Sequence record: PQ409239.1
Origin: Klebsiella phage vB_KpnP_PW7
Length of the DNA stretch: 64,000 nucleotides
Strand: one strand, 5' to 3'
This document shows positions 28,707 to 37,953 of the stretch, piece by piece (position 1 is the stretch's first letter; each line of letters begins with the position of its first letter). A program made the position numbers and the translations under genes. The notes under the pieces were generated by a model. The model was given only the letters and a program-made list of their open reading frames with translations, searched no databases and had not been told where the DNA came from.

Positions 28707-28709
28707 CTT

Positions 28710-29138
28710 ATGAACCAGGAATTAACTGGAGGTAAGGTTAATTACTACCTGGTTCAAGTGGAAGCTCCTCAACGTGAGGAGCAACCTCCTTACCAGGCAG
28801 AGTGTGAGGATATCATCCAAGCACTAGGTATGACCTTCGATGAAGGCTGTCTGTTCAAAGCCCTATGGCGTAATGCCAATGCTCGTAAGAACAATGGTAA
28901 ACCGGGTCAATCTGCTAAGTACGATGCAGAAAAGATGGTGCATTACGCTGGGCGTATTCTTAAACAAGAATCCCAGCAAAGCAAAGCTGTTTCTGCTAAG
29001 CGTAGCAACCAGCTTGTACCAAACAACACATTAATAGCTGCCGTCTATAAAGACGGGAGAGTGGTTACCAACTACTTTGGTTACATCGATTGGGATAAGG
29101 TAGTTAAGTGGGAGGTGGTAAGTGAAGATAACCAATAA
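28710..29138 (+). CDS. hypothetical protein
   Basis: 142-aa ORF. Confidence 0.4.
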   Translation: MNQELTGGKVNYYLVQVEAPQREEQPPYQAECEDIIQALGMTFDEGCLFKALWRNANARKNNGKPGQSAKYDAEKMVHYAGRILKQESQQSKAVSAKRSNQLVPNNTLIAAVYKDGRVVTNYFGYIDWDKVVKWEVVSEDNQ

Positions 29139-30093
29139 CCACAACGTATCCCTGCCATTGGCAGTATGGCTTATGCATGACGAGTATGACTACGTTAATG
29201 AGAAAAAGTACATCTCAGCGACTACTCTGCTTAAACCGCTTAAGCATATTGTAATGGCTCACCGTGTGGATAAATCCAAGCTTTCTATGGATATCATGGA
29301 CCTGGTATCTACCTCCATGGGTAGTGGTTTGCATGGTTCCATTGAAAAAGCCTGGTATGAGGGCCACCAGCAAGCACTGACGAAGCTGGGTTATCCCAAG
29401 AAGGTTGTCGAATCTGTAGTCATCAACCCAACCGAAGAAGACTTTGCTAAGAACCCGGATATTATCCCCGTTTACATTGAGCAACGTGCTACCAAGAAGA
29501 TTGGTGGTTGGACTATTGGTGGTAAATTCGACATTGTCACTGAAGGCTTACTACAGGATGTTAAGTCCACTTCGACTTACACCTGGACTAATGGTGGACG
29601 TGATGATGAACACAAGATGCAGGGTAGTATCTATCGTTGGTTGCATGATACCAAGATTACAGAAGATATTATTCGCATTAATTACATCTTCACAGACTGG
29701 CAAAAGGCACTAGCTAAGCCAGAGTCAAACTACCCTCAGCATCGTGTGATGCACAAAGACATCCCACTGCTTTCTTACAAAGCAACGGAAGAGTGGATTA
29801 AGCGTAAGCTTGAGCTAATCGACCGTTACTGGGATGCACCGGAATCTGAGATTCCTGAGTGTACGGACGAAGAGTTGTGGAAGACTGACCCTGTTTATAA
29901 GTACTTCTCCGATGTAGAGAAGGCTAAGGAACCAGGGGCAAGAAGTACCAAGAATTTTACTGACCTGATTGATGCCAGGACATTCATGGCAAGCAAGGGT
30001 AAGGGGACAATTATTGTTGTTCCTGGGGAAGTTAAACGCTGCAACTACTGCCCAGTAGCTACAATTTGCAAACAAAGAGAGAGATACATCTAA
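29122..30093 (+). CDS. PD-(D/E)XK nuclease with C-terminal Cys cluster (Cas4/RecB-like exonuclease)
   Basis: GGKFDIVTEGLLQDVKS (D...E.K) and C-terminal CNYCPVATIC. Confidence 0.5.
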   Translation: MKITNNHNVSLPLAVWLMHDEYDYVNEKKYISATTLLKPLKHIVMAHRVDKSKLSMDIMDLVSTSMGSGLHGSIEKAWYEGHQQALTKLGYPKKVVESVVINPTEEDFAKNPDIIPVYIEQRATKKIGGWTIGGKFDIVTEGLLQDVKSTSTYTWTNGGRDDEHKMQGSIYRWLHDTKITEDIIRINYIFTDWQKALAKPESNYPQHRVMHKDIPLLSYKATEEWIKRKLELIDRYWDAPESEIPECTDEELWKTDPVYKYFSDVEKAKEPGARSTKNFTDLIDARTFMASKGKGTIIVVPGEVKRCNYCPVATICKQRERYI

Positions 30094-32240
30094 TGATTGA
30101 CCTTACTGGAGTCACTCATCATCCGGCTCTTGAAGAAATCGTAGACGTCCTGTGTAACAAGACACAGAACAATGACCGTGGTTTCTTCAGGGTGGAAGTG
30201 GCTTACTTTTTAGCAAAAATGGCATCCTGTATGGGTGCAACTATCGTCACTAAAGACCGTGGTGATATTCCCGTTAATATCTACGCTATGGCTCTGGCAA
30301 CTTCTGGCTTCGGTAAGGGTCATTCTGTAAATATCATCGAAGACGGTTTCATGATGGGCTTCAAGAAGCGTTTCATGGAAGACACTATGCCCACTATCGC
30401 AGAGAAGAACCTCTGGAAGATTGCCAATGAGCGAGCAGCTCGTAATGGTACCGACCAGCAGGAAGAATTCGAAAAGGTAGAGGCAGAGTATCGCAGAGCA
30501 GGTGCTTATCCGTATACGTTTGACTCTGGTACACCACCAGCTGTTAAACAGTTACGGCACAAGCTGCTGATGGCTAACTGTGGCTCAATCAACCTTCAGA
30601 TTGATGAAATTGGCTCTAACTTACTTGCAAACCTGGACGTATTAACCCTGTTCCTTGAGTTGTATGACCAAGGCAAGGTTAAACCTAAGCTGACCAAGAA
30701 CACGGCTGAAAGCGTCCGTGGTGAAGACCTGGAAGGTAAGACACCTACTAACATGCTTTTGTTTGGTACCCCAAGCAAACTGTTGGACGGTGGACAGATT
30801 GAAGACATGTACTATGCAATGCTCGACACTGGCTATGCTCGTCGTTGCTTGTTTGCATTTGGGCATATCGACAAGAAAGCATTTAACATGCTTACGCCAG
30901 AAGAAATCTATATCAACCTCACAAAAGCTAACAATAACCAGTTAGTGAACCAATGGGCTAATCACTTTACGTCCTTGGCAGACCCTACCCATTTCGGGTG
31001 GAAGATGGCTGTCGAAGATGATGTGGGTATTGAACTCATTCGTTATAAGAGTGAGTGTGATAAAGCAGCAGATGCTATGGCTGACCACGAAGAAATTCGT
31101 AAAGCCGAGATGATGCACCGTTACTTTAAAGCTCTCAAGCTGGCTGGTGCATACGCATTTGTTGACCAAAGCCTCATCGTTGAAATGGAACACCTGAAGC
31201 AAGCAATTCTGCTTGTAGAAGAATCAGGTAAAGCTTTCCAAAGCATCCTCAACCGTGAAAAGGCTTATGTAAAACTGGCTAAGTACATTGCTTCAGTTGG
31301 TTCAGAAGTAACTCACGCAGACTTACTCGAAGCCTTGCCTTTCTACCCTAAAGGCAATGCAGCTCGTAACGAGATGGTCACTTTGGCAACAGCCTGGGGC
31401 TATAAGCAGCACATCATTATCAAGAAGACCTATAACGAAGGTATTGAGTTCTATCGTGGGGAAACCCTAAAAGAGACTGATATCAACGAAATGGTTATCT
31501 CCTATAGTGATAACTGGGCTTATAACTACTCTGGTGAAAGGGTACCTTTTGACCAGCTTCACGTATTGACCCAGCACGAAGATATGCACTGGTGTAACCA
31601 CCATTTCCGTAAGGAGCATCGTGCAGAAGAGAACGTTATTGCTGGCTTCAACATGATTGTTATTGACGTGGACGGTACGATTAGTCGTGATATCTGTCAT
31701 GAACTCATGAAAGACTATCGCTTTATGACGTATACCACTAAACGTCACACGGAAGAAGCGAACCGCTTCCGTCTCATACTTCCTATGAACTATTACCTGG
31801 AGTTAGACGGGGAAGAGTACAAGGAATTTATGAATAACGTTATGGCCTGGTTACCGTTTGAAACGGATGAATCAGCCAACCAGCGTGCTAAAAAGTGGAT
31901 GTCTTGCTCTACTGGTACTTACCACTACAACCTCGAAGCCCCACTTCTGGATGTACGTGACTTCATTCCTCGAACCAGTAAGAACGAAGCTTTCCACAAT
32001 CACATGCAGCAGGTGCAAAGCCTGGATAATCTCGAAAGATGGTTTGCTGGACGTATTGCAAATGGTAACCGTAACAACCACATGATTAAGTATGCCCTGG
32101 CTCTCGTAGACAGTGGCAAAGACTTCAATGAGGTTAGTACGTTAGTACATGCATTCAACAAGAAGCTGAGTAATCCACTCGATGCTGATGAGTTGAATAG
32201 CACTGTGTTGGTCACAGCAGCAAAACGTTATAGCTCCTAA
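30093..32240 (+). CDS. DNA primase (N4 gp43-like; possible primase-polymerase-type hhhDhD motif)
   Basis: 715 aa at the N4 primase position; NMIVIDVDG motif; start ATG overlaps the upstream stop (TAATG). Confidence 0.45.
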   Translation: MIDLTGVTHHPALEEIVDVLCNKTQNNDRGFFRVEVAYFLAKMASCMGATIVTKDRGDIPVNIYAMALATSGFGKGHSVNIIEDGFMMGFKKRFMEDTMPTIAEKNLWKIANERAARNGTDQQEEFEKVEAEYRRAGAYPYTFDSGTPPAVKQLRHKLLMANCGSINLQIDEIGSNLLANLDVLTLFLELYDQGKVKPKLTKNTAESVRGEDLEGKTPTNMLLFGTPSKLLDGGQIEDMYYAMLDTGYARRCLFAFGHIDKKAFNMLTPEEIYINLTKANNNQLVNQWANHFTSLADPTHFGWKMAVEDDVGIELIRYKSECDKAADAMADHEEIRKAEMMHRYFKALKLAGAYAFVDQSLIVEMEHLKQAILLVEESGKAFQSILNREKAYVKLAKYIASVGSEVTHADLLEALPFYPKGNAARNEMVTLATAWGYKQHIIIKKTYNEGIEFYRGETLKETDINEMVISYSDNWAYNYSGERVPFDQLHVLTQHEDMHWCNHHFRKEHRAEENVIAGFNMIVIDVDGTISRDICHELMKDYRFMTYTTKRHTEEANRFRLILPMNYYLELDGEEYKEFMNNVMAWLPFETDESANQRAKKWMSCSTGTYHYNLEAPLLDVRDFIPRTSKNEAFHNHMQQVQSLDNLERWFAGRIANGNRNNHMIKYALALVDSGKDFNEVSTLVHAFNKKLSNPLDADELNSTVLVTAAKRYSS

Positions 32241-32297
32241 TCAGTAAAATTGCAGTCCTTTGTTTGGTTTAAGGGACTGCAATCAAATGAGGTAATC

Positions 32298-33056
32298 ATG
32301 TCAGAAGAAATCCTTGCCAATGATATGAACACGCAGCTTGTGTTAATTGTTGGTTATTCAGCAAGTGGCAAATCTGCCAGTCTGCGTAATATCCGTAACC
32401 AGGAACGCTGGTTATATCTGAACACGGAAGCAGGTAAACGCCTACCTTTCCGCAACAAGTTCAATACCTACAACATCGAAGACCCCTACCAGATTTGGGA
32501 AGCATTCGATGTTGCATCTCCGGGTGGTGAAATGGAGAATGACGTCGATGGTATTATCATTGACTCAGCTACTTTCATGATGGATATGCTGGAATCTATG
32601 TATGTCCTCCCTTCTGCTAACACTCAAAAAGCCTGGGGTGACTTTGCTCAGTTCTTTAAAGTCCTGCTACAAAACAAAGTGGTTAAGTTTGGCAAGCCTG
32701 TTCTTATCCTGGCTCACGTTAAAGATGAGCTAGATGAAGCAGCAGGTGTCATTAAAGTAAGCGTGCCTGTTAAAGGTTCGCTGAAGAACAATGGCATTGA
32801 AGCCTATTTCTCTACTGTGGTAGCAGCGAAACGAGTAGAACTCCGTGAGCTGGAGAAAATCAGTAATGGGATGTTAGAGATTACTGATGAAGAACGTGAA
32901 TTAGGCTTTAAGCACGTATTCCAAACTCGTCTTACTAAGAAGACGATTGGTGAACGTTTACGCTCCCCTATGGGTATGTTCAGCAAAGAAGAGACTTACA
33001 TCGATAACGATGCTCAAAAACTGCTGGACCACCTGGCTGAATACTACGCCGAGTAA
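32298..33056 (+). CDS. P-loop ATPase (AAA_24/Sak4-like, possible recombination/replication protein)
   Basis: Walker A GYSASGKSAS; Walker B IIIDSAT; start at Met17 with RBS GAGGTAA. Confidence 0.5.
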   Translation: MSEEILANDMNTQLVLIVGYSASGKSASLRNIRNQERWLYLNTEAGKRLPFRNKFNTYNIEDPYQIWEAFDVASPGGEMENDVDGIIIDSATFMMDMLESMYVLPSANTQKAWGDFAQFFKVLLQNKVVKFGKPVLILAHVKDELDEAAGVIKVSVPVKGSLKNNGIEAYFSTVVAAKRVELRELEKISNGMLEITDEERELGFKHVFQTRLTKKTIGERLRSPMGMFSKEETYIDNDAQKLLDHLAEYYAE

Positions 33057-33098
33057 TTACTTGGTTGTAAAACACTTTTTAGAAATAAGAGAGAAAAC

Positions 33099-33893
33099 AT
33101 GTCTACTTTATTCGGTAAACTGAAAGACAAAGCAAGCAAAGCAGAAGCACCTGTTGACCGTGTTGGTGGTGGCTTTAAAGCCCAAGATACCGACATTTAT
33201 ATCGGTACCCTGAAAGTGGCCTATGCCGGACAATCCGACAAAGGTGCAAGCTTCATTCAGGTAATCATCGAAGACCTGGTTAATGCAACCACGGGTGCTT
33301 CTGCTGGTACCCACCGTGAACAACTGTACATTACCTCTGGTAATGACAAGGGTAACAGCCCAACCTACGAGAAGAACGGTAAAGAGTTCTTCCTGCCTGG
33401 TTATACCGTAGCGAACGATATCTTCGTTATGACTGCGGAAACCGAACTGCCGGATACGGTATTCGAAGAGAAAGTAGTTAATATCTACGACTTCGAACAA
33501 AGCAAAGAGCTGCCTAAATCCGTCATGGTTCCTGTAGACGCTGTAGGCCAGAAAGTGGCTGTAGCTCTGAAGAAGAGCCAGGAATACAAGCGTGTTAAAG
33601 GCAACGACGGTTACTACGATTCTGACGAAATCAAAGAAGTGGTTAACATTGATAAAGTGTTCCACCCGGACCTGAAACTAACCGTTCTGGAAGTTACTGA
33701 AGCACTGGCTGCTGACCGTGACCTGTCTGCTGAAGAGCCTGTATTCTGGAATGCATGGCTGGAAGCGAACCAGGGTAAAGTGGATACCCACAAGCTGAAG
33801 AAATCCGGCAATGCCGGTACTGTCGGTGCACCTCCAGCTGCTGGTAACCCTACTGCCGGGGCTGCTAAGAAATCCCTTTTCGGTAAGAAATAA
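33099..33893 (+). CDS. single-stranded DNA-binding protein (N4 gp45-like SSB, late-transcription activator)
   Basis: 264 aa (N4 SSB is 265 aa), last replication gene before the tRNA/vRNAP region, Gly/Ala/Pro-rich C-terminal tail. Confidence 0.5.
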   Translation: MSTLFGKLKDKASKAEAPVDRVGGGFKAQDTDIYIGTLKVAYAGQSDKGASFIQVIIEDLVNATTGASAGTHREQLYITSGNDKGNSPTYEKNGKEFFLPGYTVANDIFVMTAETELPDTVFEEKVVNIYDFEQSKELPKSVMVPVDAVGQKVAVALKKSQEYKRVKGNDGYYDSDEIKEVVNIDKVFHPDLKLTVLEVTEALAADRDLSAEEPVFWNAWLEANQGKVDTHKLKKSGNAGTVGAPPAAGNPTAGAAKKSLFGKK

Positions 33894-34450
33894 TGAAAAT
33901 ACCCGTGCTAGGTTGTGACCCCAGTTTTCGTAACTGGGGATTAGCACGGGGAATGCTGGACCTAAACACGGGCATCTTTACAGACGTAGAGTTACTACTT
34001 GTAGAAACCAAACCAGATGACACCAAGCAGGTACGCAAGAACAGCAGAGACATTGCTCGTTGCGTAGATATCACCTCTGGTGTTGTCGACTGGTTCAAGT
34101 GGGCAACTGTAGTCTTCGTAGAGGTGCCCGTTGGTTCGCAGAGTGCCAACGGAATGAAATCATACGGTGTATGTGTTGGTATTCTGGGTGCATTCCGTGC
34201 AATGGGTATTCAGCTAATTGAAGTTAATCCCTCCGAAAATAAGCTGGCCCTTACCGGTTGTAAGACAGCAAGTAAAGACTCAATGATTCAAGCAGCCCAA
34301 TCGTTTTATCCGGAAGCTAACTGGCTTCGTGATAGTAAAGGAAAGCTGCTTAATAAGAATGAGCACTTAGCTGATGCAATTGGTTCTATTCATGCAGGTG
34401 TAAATACACCAGCATTCCAGACAATTTTAAAGTTATATGAAAAGGTATAA
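33893..34450 (+). CDS. RuvC-like Holliday-junction resolvase
   Basis: N-terminal VLGCDPSFRNWGLA (RuvC GxDPG motif). Confidence 0.5.
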   Translation: MKIPVLGCDPSFRNWGLARGMLDLNTGIFTDVELLLVETKPDDTKQVRKNSRDIARCVDITSGVVDWFKWATVVFVEVPVGSQSANGMKSYGVCVGILGAFRAMGIQLIEVNPSENKLALTGCKTASKDSMIQAAQSFYPEANWLRDSKGKLLNKNEHLADAIGSIHAGVNTPAFQTILKLYEKV

Positions 34451-34892
34451 ACAAATGCAGATTACACTGAACCAAGATGAAGTAAAACAGTGCGTGCAAG
34501 ATTATGTTGATAACAATATCAGTCTTGCTGGTGACCTGGACATTGTTATCAACGAAGACGGTACTGTTACTGTTGGTATTAACGAGAAGGTGGGTACCGA
34601 CCAGGTAGAAGATACTCCACCCGTGGTAGAGAAAAAAACTCGTAAGCGTCGTGAAGCCAAGCATGTAATGGTAGAGAAAAAGGCAGAAGAGCCTGTTTCT
34701 GAGCCAGAAGCCCAGGGTGAAGATGAAGTTGACCCTAACGACGAAATCCACGAAGAAGCTGTAGCTCAGGCTGAAGAAGCAGCAGCCGAGGTAGCGTCTA
34801 ATGCAGCTGCTGTGGCAGAAGAAGTTCAGGAAAAAGAAGTTGAACGCCCTGCATCTTCGAAGCCGTCTCTGTTCGCAAACCTGAAACGTTAA
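34437..34892 (+). CDS. highly acidic protein with basic KKTRKRREAKH patch
   Basis: 151 aa; C-terminal half is D/E/A-rich and predicted disordered. Confidence 0.4.
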   Translation: MKRYKQMQITLNQDEVKQCVQDYVDNNISLAGDLDIVINEDGTVTVGINEKVGTDQVEDTPPVVEKKTRKRREAKHVMVEKKAEEPVSEPEAQGEDEVDPNDEIHEEAVAQAEEAAAEVASNAAAVAEEVQEKEVERPASSKPSLFANLKR

Positions 34893-35388
34893 TAGCTGGT
34901 AGGTGGCTCAGAAGCTGCTGCTATTTGTGGTAGTGTTCATAGTCATAATGCTATTGCTAATTAGGCTATTGGACGTGTCGGCTCCATACATAGCATTTAT
35001 CATCACTGTAGTTATCCTCTGGAAACTTAGTGATAAATCCGGTGGTGACAAGCCGCCAGACTAATAACAAACTGAACCAGTGCCCTTTACTACTCTCCGA
35101 AGGGCATTGGTTAACTTAGGTCAGACTAATGCAACCTGAAGAAAAGTTTACTGAGTATGTTGATGCTCTTGTAACTGTTGAATTAGCTTTAGCTATGGCA
35201 CGTAAATACAAGGAACCAGTTAATAAGCCTGTTGCTCAGTGTGCTCGTTTAGTAGCAATGCGTTGCAAAGATTTAGCAAATCGTCAGCTCTTTCTTGGGG
35301 TTAGTAAAAGCGAGTGTCCCGGAGTGATGGTTAATATGATGCGAATCACGTTTGACGAAATGATTAGCTCATAGTATAAGTAGCTCAT

Positions 35389-35460
35389 GGTGAGTTAGCT
35401 AATTGGTGAAGCGGCTGACTGTTAATCAGTGACAGAGTGGTTCGAGTCCACTACTCACCG
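35389..35460 (+). tRNA. tRNA-Asn (anticodon GTT), CCA encoded
   Basis: Acceptor GGTGAGT/ACTCACC, anticodon loop CTGTTAA, T-arm AGTGG-TTCGAGT-CCACT, then GCCA. Confidence 0.8.
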
Positions 35461-35467
35461 CCATATA

Positions 35468-35539
35468 GGGCAGTAGGCGATGTAGGGTTATGCGCCACGA
35501 CACAGGTCGTGAACATCGGTTCGAGTCCGATACTGTCCA
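35468..35539 (+). tRNA. tRNA-like element with non-canonical D/anticodon arms (possible pseudo-tRNA)
   Basis: Acceptor GGGCAGT/ACTGTCC (one G-U), T-arm ATCGG-TTCGAGT-CCGAT, CCA encoded; hand-folding finds only a 6-nt loop (CACAGG) between CACGA/TCGTG. Confidence 0.35.
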
Positions 35540-35546
35540 CCACTAT

Positions 35547-35620
35547 CGGAGTTTAGCTCAGTTTGGCAGAGCACCTGGTTTGGGACCAGGGGGTCGTAGG
35601 TTCAAGTCCTACAATTCCGA
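35547..35620 (+). tRNA. tRNA-Pro (anticodon TGG), CCA encoded
   Basis: Acceptor CGGAGTT/AATTCCG, D-arm GCTC-AGTTTGGCA-GAGC, anticodon loop TTTGGGA, T-arm GTAGG-TTCAAGT-CCTAC. Confidence 0.85.
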
Positions 35621-35631
35621 CCAAATTCTAT

Positions 35632-35705
35632 TGGGGTATCGCCAAGTTGGTTAAGGCATCGGACTTTGATTCCGACATTCGCAAGTTCGAATCTTGCTAC
35701 CCCTG
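35632..35705 (+). tRNA. tRNA-Gln (anticodon TTG), CCA encoded
   Basis: UGGGGUA 5' end as in E. coli tRNA-Gln; anticodon stem TCGGA/TCCGA, loop CTTTGAT; T-arm GCAAG-TTCGAAT-CTTGC; position 1-72 is a U-U mismatch. Confidence 0.8.
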
Positions 35706-35721
35706 CCAGTTTTATATAAAT

Positions 35722-35794
35722 TCCCCGTTAGGCTTAGTGGTAAGTGACCCATAGCAGGCATGTTATGATACAGGTTCGACTCCTGTACGGGGAG
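35722..35794 (+). tRNA. tRNA-like element with apparent 8-nt anticodon loop (CAGGCATG); anticodon not assignable
   Basis: Perfect acceptor TCCCCGT/ACGGGGA, T-arm ACAGG-TTCGACT-CCTGT, GCCA 3' end; anticodon stem CATAG/TTATG encloses 8 nt. Confidence 0.4.
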
Positions 35795-35810
35795 CCAACA
35801 TCCTATCAAT

Positions 35811-35877
35811 GAGCACCTTTGATTGAGGTCGGAAGCTGAAATGATGCTTCTGTAAAATGAATCCACAGAGGGTGCTC
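35811..35877 (+). other. long imperfect hairpin (GAGCACC...GGTGCTC) with nested GAAGC...GCTTC stem
   Basis: Inverted repeats seen directly; inside the ORF-free RNA region. Confidence 0.4.
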
Positions 35878-36149
35878 TTTGATAGTTTTCGTGGGCGATT
35901 ATGCGGTTTTTTAGAAACGAACCAATAACATAAATGCAAACGATGATGTTGTTCTGATGGTTGCTTAATTGCATAACCATTAGTCAGGAGTGAGTCGTCC
36001 TGATTATCAAACGACCATGGAGTGTCCCCGTCCGTGTATTAGAAACGGGGAACCAATATTACTGGTTGCACGAGATGGCCTGGCATGTTCAGGTCAGGAC
36101 TAAGTGTGACGCCGCTAGATTGGAGAACTGCTGCGGTAAGCTATAGACT

Positions 36150-36183
36150 CCAACCGGAGGTTCGAATCCTTCACCAGTAACCA
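36150..36183 (+). ncRNA. tRNA-like 3' half (T-arm GGAGG-TTCGAAT-CCTTC, acceptor ACCAGTA, discriminator A, CCA); 5' boundary unresolved
   Basis: Canonical T-loop and encoded CCA; the only matching 5' acceptor (TACTGGT) lies about 120 nt upstream at 36060, so the element is either intron-containing/atypical or a fragment. Confidence 0.3.
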
Positions 36184-36325
36184 TCTAAAAGAGTGCTGAA
36201 TGTCACGTTAGTGAATGGACAAGGTATCCTTGCAGTGCTCTTTTCGATGGTGAGCCATCAAGTCCAGACGATATCTGAGTGACTTTAAAAACAGATGGAG
36301 CCAGGTGGAATCCCTGGCAATCAAT

Positions 36326-36389
36326 TCCGGTGTAGGTACTAGCGTTGTGCACAAACGTGAATGTGTTGGTTCGAGTCCAACTGCCGGAA
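36326..36389 (+). ncRNA. short (64 nt) tRNA-like element, D-arm apparently missing; CCA encoded
   Basis: Acceptor TCCGGTG/TGCCGGA (2 G-U), T-arm GTTGG-TTCGAGT-CCAAC, central hairpin with 7-nt loop GTGCACA. Confidence 0.3.
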
Positions 36390-36622
36390 CCAATTCGAGG
36401 TAGTGCTATGTGGTCTATGCCCTTTAACTAGGCGCATTGTAAATACAACCCATGTAGTACTACCCCGAATTGGAAGAATTATGGTAGCTAGAAACATGAG
36501 TAACCGTTCGAATCCTTGGGATTAGTCGTCGGTGGAAAGTGTATATCGCTGTGGTGAGATTCCACGAGCTACCTGCAATATTATGGCAAGCATGGTTGAG
36601 TAGATGTGGTTCGACTCCACCC

Positions 36623-36697
36623 GGTGAGGTTCACCTTCACTAGCGTGATTGGTTCACGAGAGACTTAGTACCGTAGGTTCAATTCCTACCCTTGCCA
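36623..36697 (+). ncRNA. tRNA-like element (acceptor GGTGAGG/CCTTGCC, T-arm GTAGG-TTCAATT-CCTAC), internal arms non-canonical
   Basis: 75 nt; overlaps a second T-arm-like motif GTGG-TTCGACT-CCAC at 36606..36620. Confidence 0.3.
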
Positions 36698-36920
36698 CCT
36701 TACATTTGGGGTAAACGAGTGGTATCACAATACCATATCGAGCGTAAGTATCCAGGGAAGCTCTGGGACGCCCCCACCTTATTATGAACCAGTAAAGAAA
36801 CAAGTCTGTTATTTCCCATTAACTAATTAATAGTTGAGAGAGAAATCGCCCTGGGGAGGGTTGTCGATAACGCTATATCGTAAGACTTGCTGGTAAGAAT
36901 CCAGCATGGTTCACCTATTT

Positions 36921-36995
36921 GGGGTCGTAGCAAATCGGTTAAGCAACTAGGACAGTAGTGCCTAGTGTGGGTAACACGTAGTCCCACCGACTCCA
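36921..36995 (+). ncRNA. tRNA-like element (acceptor GGGGTCG/CGACTCC, discriminator A, CCA encoded) with enlarged T-loop
   Basis: 5' half GGGGTCGTAGCAAATCGGTTAAGC resembles the tRNA-Gln gene in this cluster; T-stem GTGGG/CCCAC encloses 11 nt. Confidence 0.3.
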
Positions 36996-37285
36996 CCATT
37001 TAACGCAGCAACATAGCCCTGATTGCATAGCACTCTAAAGACAATACTGGTGAGGCAGTCCAGTAGCTGCTATCCTACTACCATACCCCCGACAAGGTGT
37101 ATGTATGGAGAAGGGAACTCCTTAAATCCCAGCCTGAGCAAGTAGTTAAACGAGCTATCAACTCAATACTGAGCCAGCTAGTTAGGTATTAAACGGGTTT
37201 ATGCTCCCGCATCGCAACCAAAACTAGCCTCTGAAAGGCAAGGGTTTAATGAAAGCAAGCCTCCCAGCTATGGGTAAATAGCACT

Positions 37286-37348
37286 AAGCCCCCTTTAGGA
37301 ACGGATGGAGCCAATACCATCTCAAGCCGACAAGGGGGCTTTTTTATT
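37286..37348 (+). terminator. terminator closing the RNA-gene block (10-bp stem AAGCCCCCTT/AAGGGGGCTT, structured loop, TTTTTTATTT)
   Basis: Strong GC stem followed by a T-tract; overlaps the ORF-track start of the next gene, whose start was therefore moved. Confidence 0.5.
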
Positions 37349-37376
37349 TGAAAGCGATAACCCACAGAGGAATACC

Positions 37377-37799
37377 ATGGACTTAGAACAAGAGATTCAA
37401 AACAAGGGTGCTAACGTAGCTCCCCGAATTACTCCTTCCCATATTGAAGACTGTATTGCCAGTGTTCATTTCTTCACAGCAGCAGATGGTGCGACAGCTG
37501 TTATGGGTGACAGCGATACCATTAGCAATGACAGCCTACAGTCACTTAAGCTGCTGACTATCTGCGTGATGGTTCTGAAAAACGGCTTTACTGTTGTTGG
37601 TAAGTCTGCCTGTGCATCCCCAGAGAACTACAATGCTGACATCGGTAAAGACGTTGCCTGGCGTGATGCCAAAGAACAGATTTGGCCACTTGAGGGCTAT
37701 CTGCTGAAGCAGAATCTGTACGAGCAGAAGCAGAGCCAGGATATGCTGAAAGGCTTCCTGGAAGATGACAACTGTGATGGTGGGGGTTGTAAGATATGA
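37377..37799 (+). CDS. hypothetical protein
   Basis: Start at MDLEQE downstream of the terminator. Confidence 0.45.
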   Translation: MDLEQEIQNKGANVAPRITPSHIEDCIASVHFFTAADGATAVMGDSDTISNDSLQSLKLLTICVMVLKNGFTVVGKSACASPENYNADIGKDVAWRDAKEQIWPLEGYLLKQNLYEQKQSQDMLKGFLEDDNCDGGGCKI

Positions 37800-37953
37800 T
37801 GCAAACCACCTATTCCAGCAGGGATGGGTGGGAGTCTTTCATATCCTACAGAAATGTTGCTTGTTACAGGATGTGGGGACACGTTAAGCCCACCAAAAAA
37901 CAAATACGTAAGTTCATGAAAAAACTACGCGTAAAGATTCAAAGGAATCAGTA

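Noticed and set aside
35651-36393. Reverse-strand ORFs 35651..35980 (109 aa) and 36208..36393 (61 aa)
   Set aside because: They overlap confidently called forward-strand tRNA genes and tRNA-like elements. Their proteins are oddly composed and no start context was seen, so the region is called as RNA genes.
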